A stretch of DNA of 57,307 nt, filler included, from Actinomycetales bacterium (GCA_045807245.1; 2 parts of 2 records of this genome joined end to end with filler, not necessarily neighbours in it), one strand, 5' to 3'; positions 37,382-48,584 are shown, numbered from the whole stretch's first letter. The notes: generated by a model from the sequence alone, not told the origin. Made by a program: numbers and translations.

Positions 37382-38758
37382 GTGAAGTACGCGGAGCACA
37401 TCAGCGACCTGGTCGGGAACACGCCTCTGGTCCGGCTCTCCTCGGTGACCGACGGGATCGAGGCCACCGTGTTGGCCAAGGTCGAGTACCTCAACCCCGG
37501 CGGGTCGGTGAAGGACCGGATCGCGCGCAAGATGATCGACGCCGCCGAGGCGTCCGGCGAGCTCAAGCCCGGCGGCACGATCGTCGAGCCCACGTCCGGC
37601 AACACCGGCGTCGGCCTGGCCCTGGTCGCGCAGCAACGCGGCTACACGTGCGTGTTCGTCTGCCCGGACAAGGTGAGCCAGGACAAGCAGGACGTGCTCG
37701 CGGCGTACGGCGCGCGGGTGGTGGTGTGCCCGACCGCGGTGCCACCGGATCATCCCGACTCCTACTACTCGGTGTCGGACCGGCTGGTGTCCGAGATCGA
37801 AGGGGCCTGGAAGCCGAACCAGTACGCGAACCAGAACGGACCCGCGGCGCACTACGAGACGACGGGGCCGGAGATCTGGCGGGACACGGACGGTCTGGTC
37901 ACACACGTCGTCGCCGGCGTCGGCACGGGCGGGACCATCACGGGAACCGGCCGGTTCCTCAAGGACGTCTCGGTGTCCCGGGAGTCCGGGCCGGTCGTCG
38001 TGGTGGGCGCCGACCCTGAGGGCTCGGTGTACTCCGGGGGCACTGGGCGGCCGTACCTCGTCGAGGGCGTGGGCGAGGACTTCTGGCCGACGGCGTACGA
38101 CCCGGCGGTGCCGGACGAGGTCATCGCGGTGTCCGACGGCGACTCGTTCGCGATGACCCGGCGGCTCGCCCGCGAAGAGGGGCTGCTGGTCGGAGGCTCG
38201 TGCGGCATGGCGGTCGTCGCAGCCCTCGAAGTGGCCAAGCGGCTCGGCCCGGAGGGTGTCGTCGTGGTCATCCTGCCGGACAGCGGCCGGGGCTACCTGA
38301 CCAAGATTTTCAACGACGAGTGGATGTCGTCGTACGGCTTCCTCGGTGCCGCGTCCGACGTGACGGTCGGCGACGTGCTGCGGAAGAAGTCGGGGGAGCT
38401 GCCCGCGCTGGTGCACACGCACCCGACGGAGACCGTGCGCGACGCGGTGAGGTACCTGCGCGAGTACGACGTGTCGCAGATGCCCGTCGTCACGGCCGAG
38501 CCCCCTGTCATGGCGGGCGAGGTGTCGGGCTCGGTGTCCGAGAAGGACCTGCTCGACGCCTTGTTCACCGGACGGGCCCACCTGGCCGACCCCGTCTCGC
38601 AGCACATGGGCCCGAAGCTGCCCCTCGTCGGCGCGCTCGAGCCGGTGGGGGAGGCGCGGGCTGCGCTGGAGAACGCGGACGCCATCCTCGTTGCCGTGGA
38701 CGGCAAGCCGGCCGGTGTGCTGACCCGGGCCGACCTGCTGGCGTTCCTCGCCGACTGA
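37382..38758 (+). CDS. cbs: Cystathionine beta-synthase with C-terminal CBS domains
   Basis: GNTPLV, EYLNPGGSVKDR, EPTSGNTG, GTGGT, PDSGRGYL, CBS pair. Confidence 0.93.
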   Translation: MKYAEHISDLVGNTPLVRLSSVTDGIEATVLAKVEYLNPGGSVKDRIARKMIDAAEASGELKPGGTIVEPTSGNTGVGLALVAQQRGYTCVFVCPDKVSQDKQDVLAAYGARVVVCPTAVPPDHPDSYYSVSDRLVSEIEGAWKPNQYANQNGPAAHYETTGPEIWRDTDGLVTHVVAGVGTGGTITGTGRFLKDVSVSRESGPVVVVGADPEGSVYSGGTGRPYLVEGVGEDFWPTAYDPAVPDEVIAVSDGDSFAMTRRLAREEGLLVGGSCGMAVVAALEVAKRLGPEGVVVVILPDSGRGYLTKIFNDEWMSSYGFLGAASDVTVGDVLRKKSGELPALVHTHPTETVRDAVRYLREYDVSQMPVVTAEPPVMAGEVSGSVSEKDLLDALFTGRAHLADPVSQHMGPKLPLVGALEPVGEARAALENADAILVAVDGKPAGVLTRADLLAFLAD

Positions 38759-38762
38759 GCTC

Positions 38763-39365
38763 CTAGCCCGCGCTCGCGACCAGGGCGACGTCGATCTGCG
38801 GGCCGGCCGGGGTGGGCCGTTCCAGCTCCTCGAGGCGCTCGATGGTGAGCCCGTCGGCGACGGTGCGCAGTTGGTCGACGGTGTGCAGGTACGCCGGGTT
38901 GGTCGGCCCTCCGTGGCCGTCGGTGAGGTTTCGGAGCGCATGGCCGACGACCACCAGGTGGCCGGTCGGGCCGAGCCAACGGCGGATCCGCGCGTAGATG
39001 GCCAGGTCGAGGTGCACGAACGCACACAGGACCAGGTCGTACGCCGCGTGCTCCGGGTCCCAGGTCGACACGTCCGCCGTGACCCATTCGATCGGGACGG
39101 CCTCGGGGGGCTGGTGGGCCCGGCCAAGGTCCAGGCCGACATGCGACCAGTCGACCGCGGTGACCTGCCAGCCCTGAGCGGCCAGCCAGAGGGCGTGCCG
39201 GCCCCGCCCTGCGGCGACGTCGAGAGCCCGGCCGGGTGCGAGCGCGGAGACGACCTCGACGACGGTGGGGTCCGGGCCGTCGGAGATGGCGTGCTCGTGC
39301 TTGTCGCCGCCGGCCTCTGCGTAGCGGTCGTCCCAGTAGTGAGCGTCGTGCTCCACGCCCTCCAT
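38763..39365 (-). CDS. Class I SAM-dependent methyltransferase (TehB/TPMT-like)
   Basis: WDDRY, ALDVAAGRGRHALWLA..GW.VTAVDWS, YDLV, GHL; start 39365 or GTG 39356. Confidence 0.87.
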   Translation of the reverse strand: MEGVEHDAHYWDDRYAEAGGDKHEHAISDGPDPTVVEVVSALAPGRALDVAAGRGRHALWLAAQGWQVTAVDWSHVGLDLGRAHQPPEAVPIEWVTADVSTWDPEHAAYDLVLCAFVHLDLAIYARIRRWLGPTGHLVVVGHALRNLTDGHGGPTNPAYLHTVDQLRTVADGLTIERLEELERPTPAGPQIDVALVASAG

Positions 39366-39369
39366 CCTG

Positions 39370-39454
39370 GTGCTCCCTCCCCCGCGCGGTGCTCCCGGGG
39401 GCCCGGTGCGCGCGGCCCTCCGGGACCCTGATCACCAGGCCCCAGGGAGTACGG
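39370..39454. repeat. 85-bp palindromic element, left copy (inverted relative to 39743-39827)
   Basis: Reverse complement matches the right copy 35/39 (outer) and 23/25 (inner) around an equal-length 21-nt variable centre. Confidence 0.8.
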
Positions 39455-39490
39455 TCAAGATGTGGGAGCTCGCCGCCGATGCACAAGGCC

Positions 39491-39670
39491 ATGAGTACGA
39501 CGAGCTACCGCGAGAACGTGGCCGCCCTGATGCTCGCCCTGCTGCTCATCGCTGCAAGCTTCGTCGCCACCCGCGGCCACCCGGCCTGCGTGCCGGACTA
39601 CCTGCGCAACCACGGCTGGCACGTCGGTAGCCCGGCGCACTACTGCGCGGTCACGCTCGCCCACCGCTAG
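39491..39670 (+). CDS. Small hydrophobic/secreted peptide (59 aa)
   Basis: MSTTSYRENVAALMLALLLIAASFVATRGHPACVPDYLRNHGWHVGSPAHYCAVTLAHR; nearly all codons end in G/C; alternative ATG 39479. Confidence 0.62.
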   Translation: MSTTSYRENVAALMLALLLIAASFVATRGHPACVPDYLRNHGWHVGSPAHYCAVTLAHR

Positions 39671-39742
39671 GCCCGCGACGGTTTCACGCTCTCGGGCCCG
39701 CGACACTGCGTCGGCCCTGGCGGGGTGGCCGACCGGCGACCG

Positions 39743-39827
39743 CCGTACTCCCTGGAGCCCGGTGATCGCGGCGTTTTCAGCCGCTGATCACCGGGCTCCA
39801 GGGAGCACCGCGCGGTGGGGGGAGCAC
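39743..39827. repeat. 85-bp palindromic element, right copy; contains a perfect 20-bp stem and may also terminate msrA
   Basis: CTCCCTGGAGCCCGGTGATC (39748-39767) / GATCACCGGGCTCCAGGGAG (39786-39805); abuts msrA stop. Confidence 0.82.
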
Positions 39828-40499
39828 TCAGTCGGTGGTCTTGGCCACGCCGACGGGGCAGCTGACACCCGTGCCGCCGACACCGCAGTAGCCCCACGGG
39901 ACCTTGTGCAGGTACTGCTGGTGGTAGTCCTCGGCGTAGTAGAACTCGCCCGCGTCCTCGGCCGACCGCAGCTCGGTCGTGATGTCACCGAAGCGGTGCC
40001 GCTTCAGCACGTCCTGGTACGCCGCGCGGCTCGCCTCGAACGCGGCCTCCTGCTCGGGCGTCGTGTAGTAGAACGCGGACCGGTACTGGGTGCCGACGTC
40101 GTTGCCCTGGCGGAAGCCCTGGGTCGGGTCGTGTGCCTCCCAGAAGACCTTGAGCAGCTCCTCGATCGTCACCTTCGAGGGGTCGTACGCGACCAGGACG
40201 GTCTCGGCGTGCCCCGTCTTCCCGGTGCAGGTCTCCTCGTACGTCGGGTTGGGAGTGACGCCGCCCTGGTAACCGACGGCCGTCGTCACGACGCCGGGCG
40301 TCTCCCAGAACTTCTTCTCCTCGCCCCAGAAGCAGCCGAGGGCGAAGTACGCGACCTGCGTCCCCTCTGGCCAGGGGCCGAACATGTCCGTGCCCAGGAC
40401 GGCATGGGTCCGGGGCACGTCGTACGGGCGGGTGGGCCGGCCGGGCAAGGCCTCCTCGCGCGTGGGGAGGCGGCGCTTGAGCTCGGAGCCGAACAGCAT
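39828..40499 (-). CDS. msrA: Peptide methionine sulfoxide reductase A
   Basis: [48 protein letters not shown]. Confidence 0.97.
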   Translation of the reverse strand: MLFGSELKRRLPTREEALPGRPTRPYDVPRTHAVLGTDMFGPWPEGTQVAYFALGCFWGEEKKFWETPGVVTTAVGYQGGVTPNPTYEETCTGKTGHAETVLVAYDPSKVTIEELLKVFWEAHDPTQGFRQGNDVGTQYRSAFYYTTPEQEAAFEASRAAYQDVLKRHRFGDITTELRSAEDAGEFYYAEDYHQQYLHKVPWGYCGVGGTGVSCPVGVAKTTD

Positions 40500-40559
40500 G
40501 GTGGTTCCTCTCTGAAACCTCTGAAACCTGTGACCTGCAGGTGGATCTGCACCCGTTCC

Positions 40560-40585
40560 AACTGAGCTGGCGGAGCACGTGTTCC
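40560..40585 (-). promoter_or_regulatory. SigR/SigH-type thiol-oxidative-stress promoter upstream of msrA
   Basis: Minus strand GGAAC-N18-GTT (GGAACacgtgctccgccagctcaGTTG). Confidence 0.7.
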
Positions 40586-40632
40586 GGCCGATCCTTACGA
40601 CCAGATGACGGTACGCCGAGTGCTCGGCCGGC

Positions 40633-42099
40633 TCACACGACGTACGCCTCGTCGGGTGTCAGCTCCCGGCGCCCACCGGGCCGTCCGCTGAGCCCGGACC
40701 AGGCCGCGGCGAGGGCATCGACCGCCCGCGTCAGGTCCTCCACCGGCCGCGTGTACGGCAGGCGCACCCACGACTCGAGCGTCCCGTCGGCCGCGAACCT
40801 GGACCCGGGGGTGATCCGCAGCCCGTGGTCCGCCACGGCCGCCGCGAGCGCACCGGACGAGGGGCTGGGCAGCTCGCACCAGATCACCTGGCCGCCGGCC
40901 GGGAGCTGGAACCGCCAGGACGGCAGGCGTTGGCGCAGCAGGCTGGCCAGGGCATCGCGGCGCTCGCGGAGCTGGGTCGCCCGCTGACGCCGGACGGCGC
41001 CGAGCTGGTCCATCAGGTGCGCCGCGGCCAGCTGTTCGAGGATGGGGCTGGACAGGTCGAGACGGGCCCGTTGGGCGGCCAGCCGCCGGATCGTCACCGT
41101 GTCGGAGCGCAGCCAACCGACGCGCAGCCCGCCCCAGAACAGCTTGCTCGCCGAGCCGACCGTCACCACCGGCTCGCTGGTAGCCCAGGTGCCGAAAGGC
41201 ATTGGCAGCGGGGCGTTCTCGAGAGAGAGCTCGACCAGCGACTCGTCGATGACAGCCGCAGTGTGCCCGTCGGCGAGCGCCTCGGCGACGACGGACCGTT
41301 GCTCCGAGCTCATCACGGCGCCGGTGGGGTTCTGGAAGTCCGGGATGAGGTACGCCGCACGAGGCGCCGTCTGCCGGACCGCGGCCACCAGACCCTCGCT
41401 CTCGGGACCGCCCCAGCCGTCGTGGACCGGCACCGGCACGGCCCTCGCGTTGAGGTCGGCGACGATGTCCAGCCCGCCCGGGTACCCCGGCTGCTCGACG
41501 AGGACGCGGTCGCCGGCACCGACGTACATCGACAGGGCCAGCCGCACCGCCTGCAGCGCGCCGCTCGTGATGAGTACCTGGTCGGACGTGGTGGCCAGCC
41601 CTCGCTCGGTGAACCGCGCTGCGAGCCGCTCGCGCAGCTGCGGCACACCGCGGTAGTCGTACCCCGTCCCAGGCAGGTAGCGCGGCAGCTCGTCCAGCGC
41701 CGCGGCGTAGGCGGCGTGCAGCTCGGCCGGCGCGCTGGGAGCGGCGTGCGAGAGGTCCACGACGCCGTCCGGTGCCGGCTCCGGCGCCCAGGCCGGCACC
41801 TCGGCGGCATCGCCGGGCAGGGTGGTCCAGGTGCCCGAGCCCTGGCGGCTGGCGGCATACCCGGAGTCGCGGAGCAGGTCGTAGGCCGCCGCGGCCGTCG
41901 TGCGGCTCCGGCCGAGGGCCGCGGCCAGCTCGCGCTCGGGTGGCAGCCGCACACCGACCGGCAGGCGGCCGTCCATCACGAGCAGTCGTACCCGCGAGGC
42001 CAGGGCGGCGTACGCCGGTTGCCCCGGCGTGGCCCATTCACCGAGCAGCCGGGCCAGCTCCCGCTGGCCGATCCGACGGCCGGGGGTGACGACGCTCAT
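40633..42099 (-). CDS. MocR/GabR family regulator (GntR wHTH + PLP aminotransferase domain; YczR-like)
   Basis: [15 protein letters not shown]...AY..L...G...[39 protein letters not shown]. Confidence 0.92.
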   Translation of the reverse strand: MSVVTPGRRIGQRELARLLGEWATPGQPAYAALASRVRLLVMDGRLPVGVRLPPERELAAALGRSRTTAAAAYDLLRDSGYAASRQGSGTWTTLPGDAAEVPAWAPEPAPDGVVDLSHAAPSAPAELHAAYAAALDELPRYLPGTGYDYRGVPQLRERLAARFTERGLATTSDQVLITSGALQAVRLALSMYVGAGDRVLVEQPGYPGGLDIVADLNARAVPVPVHDGWGGPESEGLVAAVRQTAPRAAYLIPDFQNPTGAVMSSEQRSVVAEALADGHTAAVIDESLVELSLENAPLPMPFGTWATSEPVVTVGSASKLFWGGLRVGWLRSDTVTIRRLAAQRARLDLSSPILEQLAAAHLMDQLGAVRRQRATQLRERRDALASLLRQRLPSWRFQLPAGGQVIWCELPSPSSGALAAAVADHGLRITPGSRFAADGTLESWVRLPYTRPVEDLTRAVDALAAAWSGLSGRPGGRRELTPDEAYVV

Positions 42100-42127
42100 G
42101 ACTGCCTCCTCCGGCCACTGTGCTCGA

Positions 42128-42152
42128 ATTGGCTCTGGAAGACAAGACCAAT
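42128..42152. promoter_or_regulatory. Putative MocR/YczR operator
   Basis: ATTGG-N15-CCAAT inverted repeat in the divergent intergenic region, with related GCCACT units at about 42114 and 42177. Confidence 0.55.
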
Positions 42153-42172
42153 CGACCGTCACACTCGCGGTC

Positions 42173-42876
42173 ATGCGCCACTGGCCCCTGAAGACGTCGC
42201 CTTCCTCGCCGAGCCTGGCTGGCGGGCGCCGGCTCGCGCCTCGCCTTGGGCGCCGGCTGGGGCGGCGGCTGGGCCAGCTCTACGCCGGGCTGGTCCTGTA
42301 CGCGGTGAGCATGGCGCTGGTGATCAACTCCGACCTCGGCAACATGCCGTGGGACGTGTTCCACCAGGGTCTGGCCCGGCGCGTCGGCCTCACCATCGGC
42401 TTCTGGGTCATCGCGATCGGGCTGCTGATCCTGCTCGCGTGGATCCCGTTGCGGGAGCGCCCGGGCATCGGCACGGTCAGCAACATCCTGGTCATCGGGT
42501 TCCTCATCGACGCCGCACTGTGGGCCGTGCCCGAGCCCGACCACATCGTCGTCCGCGCGGCGTACCTGGTCGCCGGGATCGTCCTCAACGGAGTCGCCAC
42601 CGCGTTGTACGTCGGGGCGCGCATGGGCCCGGGGCCGAGGGACGGACTGATGACCGGCCTGGTGCGGCGCACCGGCCGCTCGGTGCGGCTGGTGCGGACG
42701 AGCATGGAGGTGCTCGTGGTCGTGGCCGGGATCGCGCTCGGAGGCACCTTCGGCGTCGGCACGATCCTGTACGCCGTGTCCATCGGCCCGCTCGTGCAGA
42801 TCTTCCTGCCCCGGCTCACCGTTGCGCCCGCCGTCCTGCTTCCGGTCACGCCGAGCCCGGCGACTACCCTCGCCGG

Positions 42877-42880
<4 letters not shown>
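42173..42880 (+). CDS. YczE/YyaS/YitT family membrane protein
   Basis: LG..PWDVFHQGL, RERPGIGTVSN, GPGPRDGLMTGL, LGG.FGVGTIL. Confidence 0.9.
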
Positions 42881-44058
<1,178 letters not shown>

Positions 44059-44073
44059 GCGCCGGGGCACAGC

Positions 44074-45429
44074 TTGAGCCGGGTGCTGTGCGTCGACTTC
44101 GGTTCGACGTTCACCAAGGCGGCTCTGGTCGACACCGACGACGGCGCGCTGGTCGCGACCGGGTCGCACTCGACGACCATCCAGACCGACGTGCTCGACG
44201 GCTACCAGGCGATCCGGAGCGAGCTCGCAGGCGAGCGCGTGGACGAGGTGATGGCCTGCTCGAGCGCAGGGGGAGGCCTGAGGCTCGCCGTCGTGGGGTA
44301 CGAACGGGTCGTGACGGCCGAGGCGGGACACCGCGTCGGACTCTCGGCCGGCGCGAAGGTCGTCCACGTCAGCGCGGGAATGCTTGACGCGCAAGGCATC
44401 TCGGACCTCCGCAGCGCCAAGCCGGACGTCGTACTGCTGGTCGGCGGCACGGACGGCGGCAACGCCGAGGTGCTGCTCCACAACGCTCACCGGCTCGGCA
44501 CGGCGCGCCTCGCCGCACCCATCGTCCTCGCCGGAAACGCGGACGCGGCGCCGGAGGCGAAGGAGGAGCTGGTCCGACGCGGACGCCGGGTGATCGCGGT
44601 GCCCAACGTGCTGCCCAGGATCGGCGTGCTCGAGCCGCGACCGGCGCGCTCGGCCATCCGTGACGTATTCATCACGCACGTGATCGGCGGCAAAGGGTTG
44701 TCACGCAGCAAGGATTTTGCGGCCATGGTGCGAGCCGCGACCCCTGATGTGGTCCTGGCCGGCGTCGAGGTGCTGGCCGACGGCGCTCCGGCGGACGGAG
44801 TGCCGGGTGCCGGCGACGTCCTCGTGGTCGACATCGGCGGCGCGACGACCGACGTGTACTCGGTCATCACGCCCGAGGGTGAGGATGCCGAGCTGCGCAA
44901 GGACGTCGTGGAGACGTTGTGGCGCGCCCGGACGGTCGAGGGCGACCTGGGCCTGCGGTGGAACGCTCCGGGCATTGTTGCGGCCGCGCGCAAGGAGCAT
45001 CTCGTCGAGGGGCCGGCCGTGGAGCTGTCCTCGTACGCCGATCTGGTGGCGGCCGACCCGGCGTACCTGCCGGAGCGGGGCAGTGAAGGCGAGGGGTACG
45101 ACGTGGAGCTGGCCCGCCTCGCCGCGACGGTCGCGCTGCGCCGCCACGGGCGGCCCAACGGGCCGGCGTCCGCACCGCGGCCGCTCAAGGACGTGCGGCT
45201 GGTCGTGGGGTCCGGTGGCGTCCTGCGGCATCACGACCGCGCGGAGCAGGCGCGGATCATGTCGGCCGCGACCGAGGACCACGGCGGGGGCTGGCGGGTG
45301 CCGGCCCAGGCGCAGGTCGTCGTGGACACCAGGTACGTCCTGTTCGCCGCCGGTCTGCTGGCCGCCTCCGGCGACCATGCCCTCGTCCGCGCGGCCGGCT
45401 TGCTGGCGGGGGCCGCACTGGCAGGATGA
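44074..45429 (+). CDS. glmL: GlmL/MutL-type ASKHA ATPase (B12-dependent mutase reactivating factor family)
   Basis: CVDFGSTFTK, ACSSAGGGL, LLVGGTDGG, HVIGGKGL, VVDIGGATTDVYS, RTVEGDLG. Confidence 0.85.
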   Translation: MSRVLCVDFGSTFTKAALVDTDDGALVATGSHSTTIQTDVLDGYQAIRSELAGERVDEVMACSSAGGGLRLAVVGYERVVTAEAGHRVGLSAGAKVVHVSAGMLDAQGISDLRSAKPDVVLLVGGTDGGNAEVLLHNAHRLGTARLAAPIVLAGNADAAPEAKEELVRRGRRVIAVPNVLPRIGVLEPRPARSAIRDVFITHVIGGKGLSRSKDFAAMVRAATPDVVLAGVEVLADGAPADGVPGAGDVLVVDIGGATTDVYSVITPEGEDAELRKDVVETLWRARTVEGDLGLRWNAPGIVAAARKEHLVEGPAVELSSYADLVAADPAYLPERGSEGEGYDVELARLAATVALRRHGRPNGPASAPRPLKDVRLVVGSGGVLRHHDRAEQARIMSAATEDHGGGWRVPAQAQVVVDTRYVLFAAGLLAASGDHALVRAAGLLAGAALAG

Positions 45430-45435
45430 GGCCGC

Positions 45436-46554
45436 ATGAGCGGGGGAGACGAACGTGAGGTAGCGCTGCCGTACGGCATACGGCTCGCATCGGCCTGGGC
45501 CTGGCGGCTCATCGTGCTCGGCACTCTGATCTATCTGTTGCTGCGGCTGCTCGGCCATTTCGAGGTGCTGGTCGTACCGTTCCTCGTCGCCGTCCTGCTG
45601 GTCGCGCTGACCCGGCCGCTGACCGACCTGTTGGCCCGTGCGGTCCCGCGCGGCGTGGCGGCACTGCTCACCGTCCTCGTGGTCCTCAGCATCGTGGCGG
45701 GGCTGGCGACCCTCGTCGGTCAGCAGATCGCGAGCGGCTTCCCGGACCTGGAGGACCAGGCGTCGAACGGGCTCGGCGAGGTGCAGAAGTGGCTCGCGAC
45801 CGGGCCGTTGCACCTCACGACCGACCGGCTGGGCGACTACGTGGGGGACCTGCAGAAGTCGCTGAGCGCACACAGCGGCACGTTGATCAGCGGTGCACTG
45901 ACCGCGGCCGGCACGCTGACCGACGTCCTGGCCGGCCTCTTCATCGTGCTGTTCTCGATGTACTTCATGCTGGCCCAGGGCGGCGACATCTGGTCCTGGC
46001 TCATCCGGGTGCTGCCCGATGCCGCGCAGGAGCCCCTCGACGTGGCGGCTCGGCGGGGCTGGGTCACGCTGACGTCGTACGTGCGGGCAACGGTGCTGGT
46101 CGCGGCGACCGATGCGTTGGGGATCGCGATCGGCGCCGCCATCCTCGGTGTGCCATTGGCCGTGCCGCTGGGTGTGCTCGTGTTCCTGGGTGCGTTCGTG
46201 CCCATCGTCGGTGCGTTCGTGTCCGGCATCGTGGCGGTGCTCGTCGCGCTTGTCTCACACGGGCCGGTCACGTCCCTGATCATGCTGGCAATCGTGATCG
46301 CCGTGCAGCAGGTGGAAGCCCATGTGCTGCAACCGTTCCTCTTGGGCCGGGCGGTCAGCGTGCATCCCCTCGCGGTCATCCTGGGCATCGCCGCGGGTGT
46401 GTTGGTGGCTGGCATCGTGGGCGCCCTGTTCGCCGTACCGTTCATCGCGGTCACGAACACCGTGGCGTCGTCGTTGGCCGGGCGCACCGACGAGGAGGAA
46501 CCAGAGTTCTCCGGCGGCGAGAACCCCGTCGCCGACGACGTGGCCCCCGACTGA
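45436..46554 (+). CDS. AI-2E (PerM) family transporter
   Basis: Multi-TM; FVPIVG, QQVEAHVLQP, VHPLAV, GALFAVP. Confidence 0.92.
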   Translation: MSGGDEREVALPYGIRLASAWAWRLIVLGTLIYLLLRLLGHFEVLVVPFLVAVLLVALTRPLTDLLARAVPRGVAALLTVLVVLSIVAGLATLVGQQIASGFPDLEDQASNGLGEVQKWLATGPLHLTTDRLGDYVGDLQKSLSAHSGTLISGALTAAGTLTDVLAGLFIVLFSMYFMLAQGGDIWSWLIRVLPDAAQEPLDVAARRGWVTLTSYVRATVLVAATDALGIAIGAAILGVPLAVPLGVLVFLGAFVPIVGAFVSGIVAVLVALVSHGPVTSLIMLAIVIAVQQVEAHVLQPFLLGRAVSVHPLAVILGIAAGVLVAGIVGALFAVPFIAVTNTVASSLAGRTDEEEPEFSGGENPVADDVAPD

Positions 46555-46560
46555 ACGCGA

Positions 46561-48570
46561 CTATCGGCGGCGGCGGGCCCGGAGGTAGTCGGCGACGACG
46601 TACTCGCCGAGCCGGTCGATGTCCGGCGTGAACACCCGTCCGCCGCTGCGCTGCGCGACCGCGTCCACGAACCGCCGCAGCCCGTCGTCGTCGCCGAGCA
46701 TGAACAGGTTCAGCTGAGCCCGGTACCGGGTGAGCAGGTCGACCTCGCGCAAGGTACGGCGCAGGGTCTCCCGCGTCGTCGGCCACTCGAACACGGCCGC
46801 ACCGTCGTCCTCCAGGTGAGCGGTGGGTTCGCCGTCCGTGACGACGAGCACGACCGGCTCGGCATCCGGGTGCCGCCGCAGGTGACGGCCGGCCAGCGAC
46901 AGAGCCTGCTGCAGGTTCGTCCCCTGGATCCACTGCGGCTCGATGCCGGCCAGCTCGACCTCGGTCATCGGTCGGGCCCAGCGGTCGAACCCGATGATCT
47001 GCAACGCATCCTGCGGGAACCGGGTCACCATGAGGTGCTGCAAGGCCAGTGCCGTCTGCTTCATCGACCCCCAGCGGCCCTCCGCGTACATCGACCAGGA
47101 CAGGTCGACGCACAGCGCCACGGCGGCCGACGAACGCCGCTCGGTCTCCACCACGGCGAAGTCGCCGGGCTCGAGGGTCACGACACCACTGGCACTCGGT
47201 CCGCCACCGAGGCCGCCAGAACCATTACGGGACCGAACGCCGGACCCACCACCCGAGGCAGAGCGCAGCACCGCGTTCGACACGGTCCGTACGACGTCCA
47301 GCGGCTGCTCGTCGCCGAAGCGCCACTCGCGCCAGGCCCCGGTCGGCTCGCCGGCCTGCCCCGCTGAGCGGTCGTCGTGGCCGCCGCGCCCGTGGGCCTC
47401 CAGCTGCGAGAAGACGCGGCGCAGGGCGGTCTGCCCCAGCCGGCGCAACGCCTTGGGCGTGAGCCGCAGCCCGTCGTGGTCACGCGCGAGCCAGCCCTGG
47501 GCCCGCAGCTCGCGCTCCAGCTCGCGCAGCGCCGCGACGTCCGCACCGGCCTCGGTCCCGAGCTGCCGCTCGATCGCCTCGACGTCCACGTCGTCCAGCG
47601 TCGCCCCGGGGTAGTCCTGACCCAGCTGCTCGGCCAACGCGTCCAGGTCCGCGAGCTCCTGCACCGCGGCCGTCGCGTCGCCGTACCCCAGCGGCTCGTC
47701 CCCGTCGACGTCCGAGCGGCTGCGCCAGTCCAGGCCCGGCCGCAGGTCGCGCAGGTTGTCGCGCAGCGCCGCCATCTCGGCCGCCAGGTCGGCGTCGCCG
47801 AGTGCGTCCGCCATCAGCTGCGCCAGCTCCTGGCGCTGCTGCGGCGTCAGCGACCTCATGAGGCGCTCGGCTGCCGCCGCCTGCCGGGCGAGCGCGTCGA
47901 TCAGCTCGTCGACGTTCGACGGGTTGTCGGGGAAGAACTCGCCGTGCTTGTCCATGAACTCTCGGAACGCGTCTGAGGTGTCCTCCCCGCGGGCATGTGC
48001 AGCGAGCAGCTGGTTCAGGTCCGCGAGCATGTCCTTCACGCGGGCCATGGCCTCGGCCGACTCAGCGCTATTGTCCTGCAAGGCATTTCGCATTCCGGCG
48101 AACTGCTGGTCCAGCACCTCGCGCTGCAGCATCTGGCGGATCTCGTCGTACGCCGCCCGCGCCTCCGGTGAGCGCCAGTCGTAGTCCGCCAGCTCGCGGA
48201 CCGCCCGCGACGTGTCCCGCGGCAGGTCGCCCAACCGCTGCTCGCGCAGCCGGGCGTCGTCCGACGGGTCGGGGAACAACGCCGACTGCTCCTCGGAGAC
48301 CGCCTGGTCGAGCAGCTCGCGCACCTGGTCGAGCGTCCCGCTCAGATCCCCGGCCCGACGGGCCCGCTCGCGACGGCGCCGGACGTCACGCGCCAGGTCG
48401 TCCAGCCCGCGGCGCCCCTGGTCGCCCCGGCGCAGCAGGTCGCGGATCGCCTCCGTCAGGCTGCGGCCCTCCATGACGTCGCGGCCGATCGCGTCGACGG
48501 CCTCGCGGACGTCGTACGGCGGCGCGAGCGGGTCGGGCCCGCCCTGCCACGCGCCGTACCGGTTGCGCAT
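46561..48570 (-). CDS. VWA domain-containing protein
   Basis: GGPDPLAPP, LTPKALRRLG, CVDLSWSM MIDAS, GTNL, VVTDGEPTAH. Confidence 0.9.
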   Translation of the reverse strand: MRNRYGAWQGGPDPLAPPYDVREAVDAIGRDVMEGRSLTEAIRDLLRRGDQGRRGLDDLARDVRRRRERARRAGDLSGTLDQVRELLDQAVSEEQSALFPDPSDDARLREQRLGDLPRDTSRAVRELADYDWRSPEARAAYDEIRQMLQREVLDQQFAGMRNALQDNSAESAEAMARVKDMLADLNQLLAAHARGEDTSDAFREFMDKHGEFFPDNPSNVDELIDALARQAAAAERLMRSLTPQQRQELAQLMADALGDADLAAEMAALRDNLRDLRPGLDWRSRSDVDGDEPLGYGDATAAVQELADLDALAEQLGQDYPGATLDDVDVEAIERQLGTEAGADVAALRELERELRAQGWLARDHDGLRLTPKALRRLGQTALRRVFSQLEAHGRGGHDDRSAGQAGEPTGAWREWRFGDEQPLDVVRTVSNAVLRSASGGGSGVRSRNGSGGLGGGPSASGVVTLEPGDFAVVETERRSSAAVALCVDLSWSMYAEGRWGSMKQTALALQHLMVTRFPQDALQIIGFDRWARPMTEVELAGIEPQWIQGTNLQQALSLAGRHLRRHPDAEPVVLVVTDGEPTAHLEDDGAAVFEWPTTRETLRRTLREVDLLTRYRAQLNLFMLGDDDGLRRFVDAVAQRSGGRVFTPDIDRLGEYVVADYLRARRRR

Positions 48571-48584
48571 CCCCGGCCGCCTCG

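Noticed and set aside
39370..39827. CRISPR array or IS element
   Set aside because: Only two inverted copies, no repeat-spacer periodicity, no cas or transposase gene and no target-site duplication seen.
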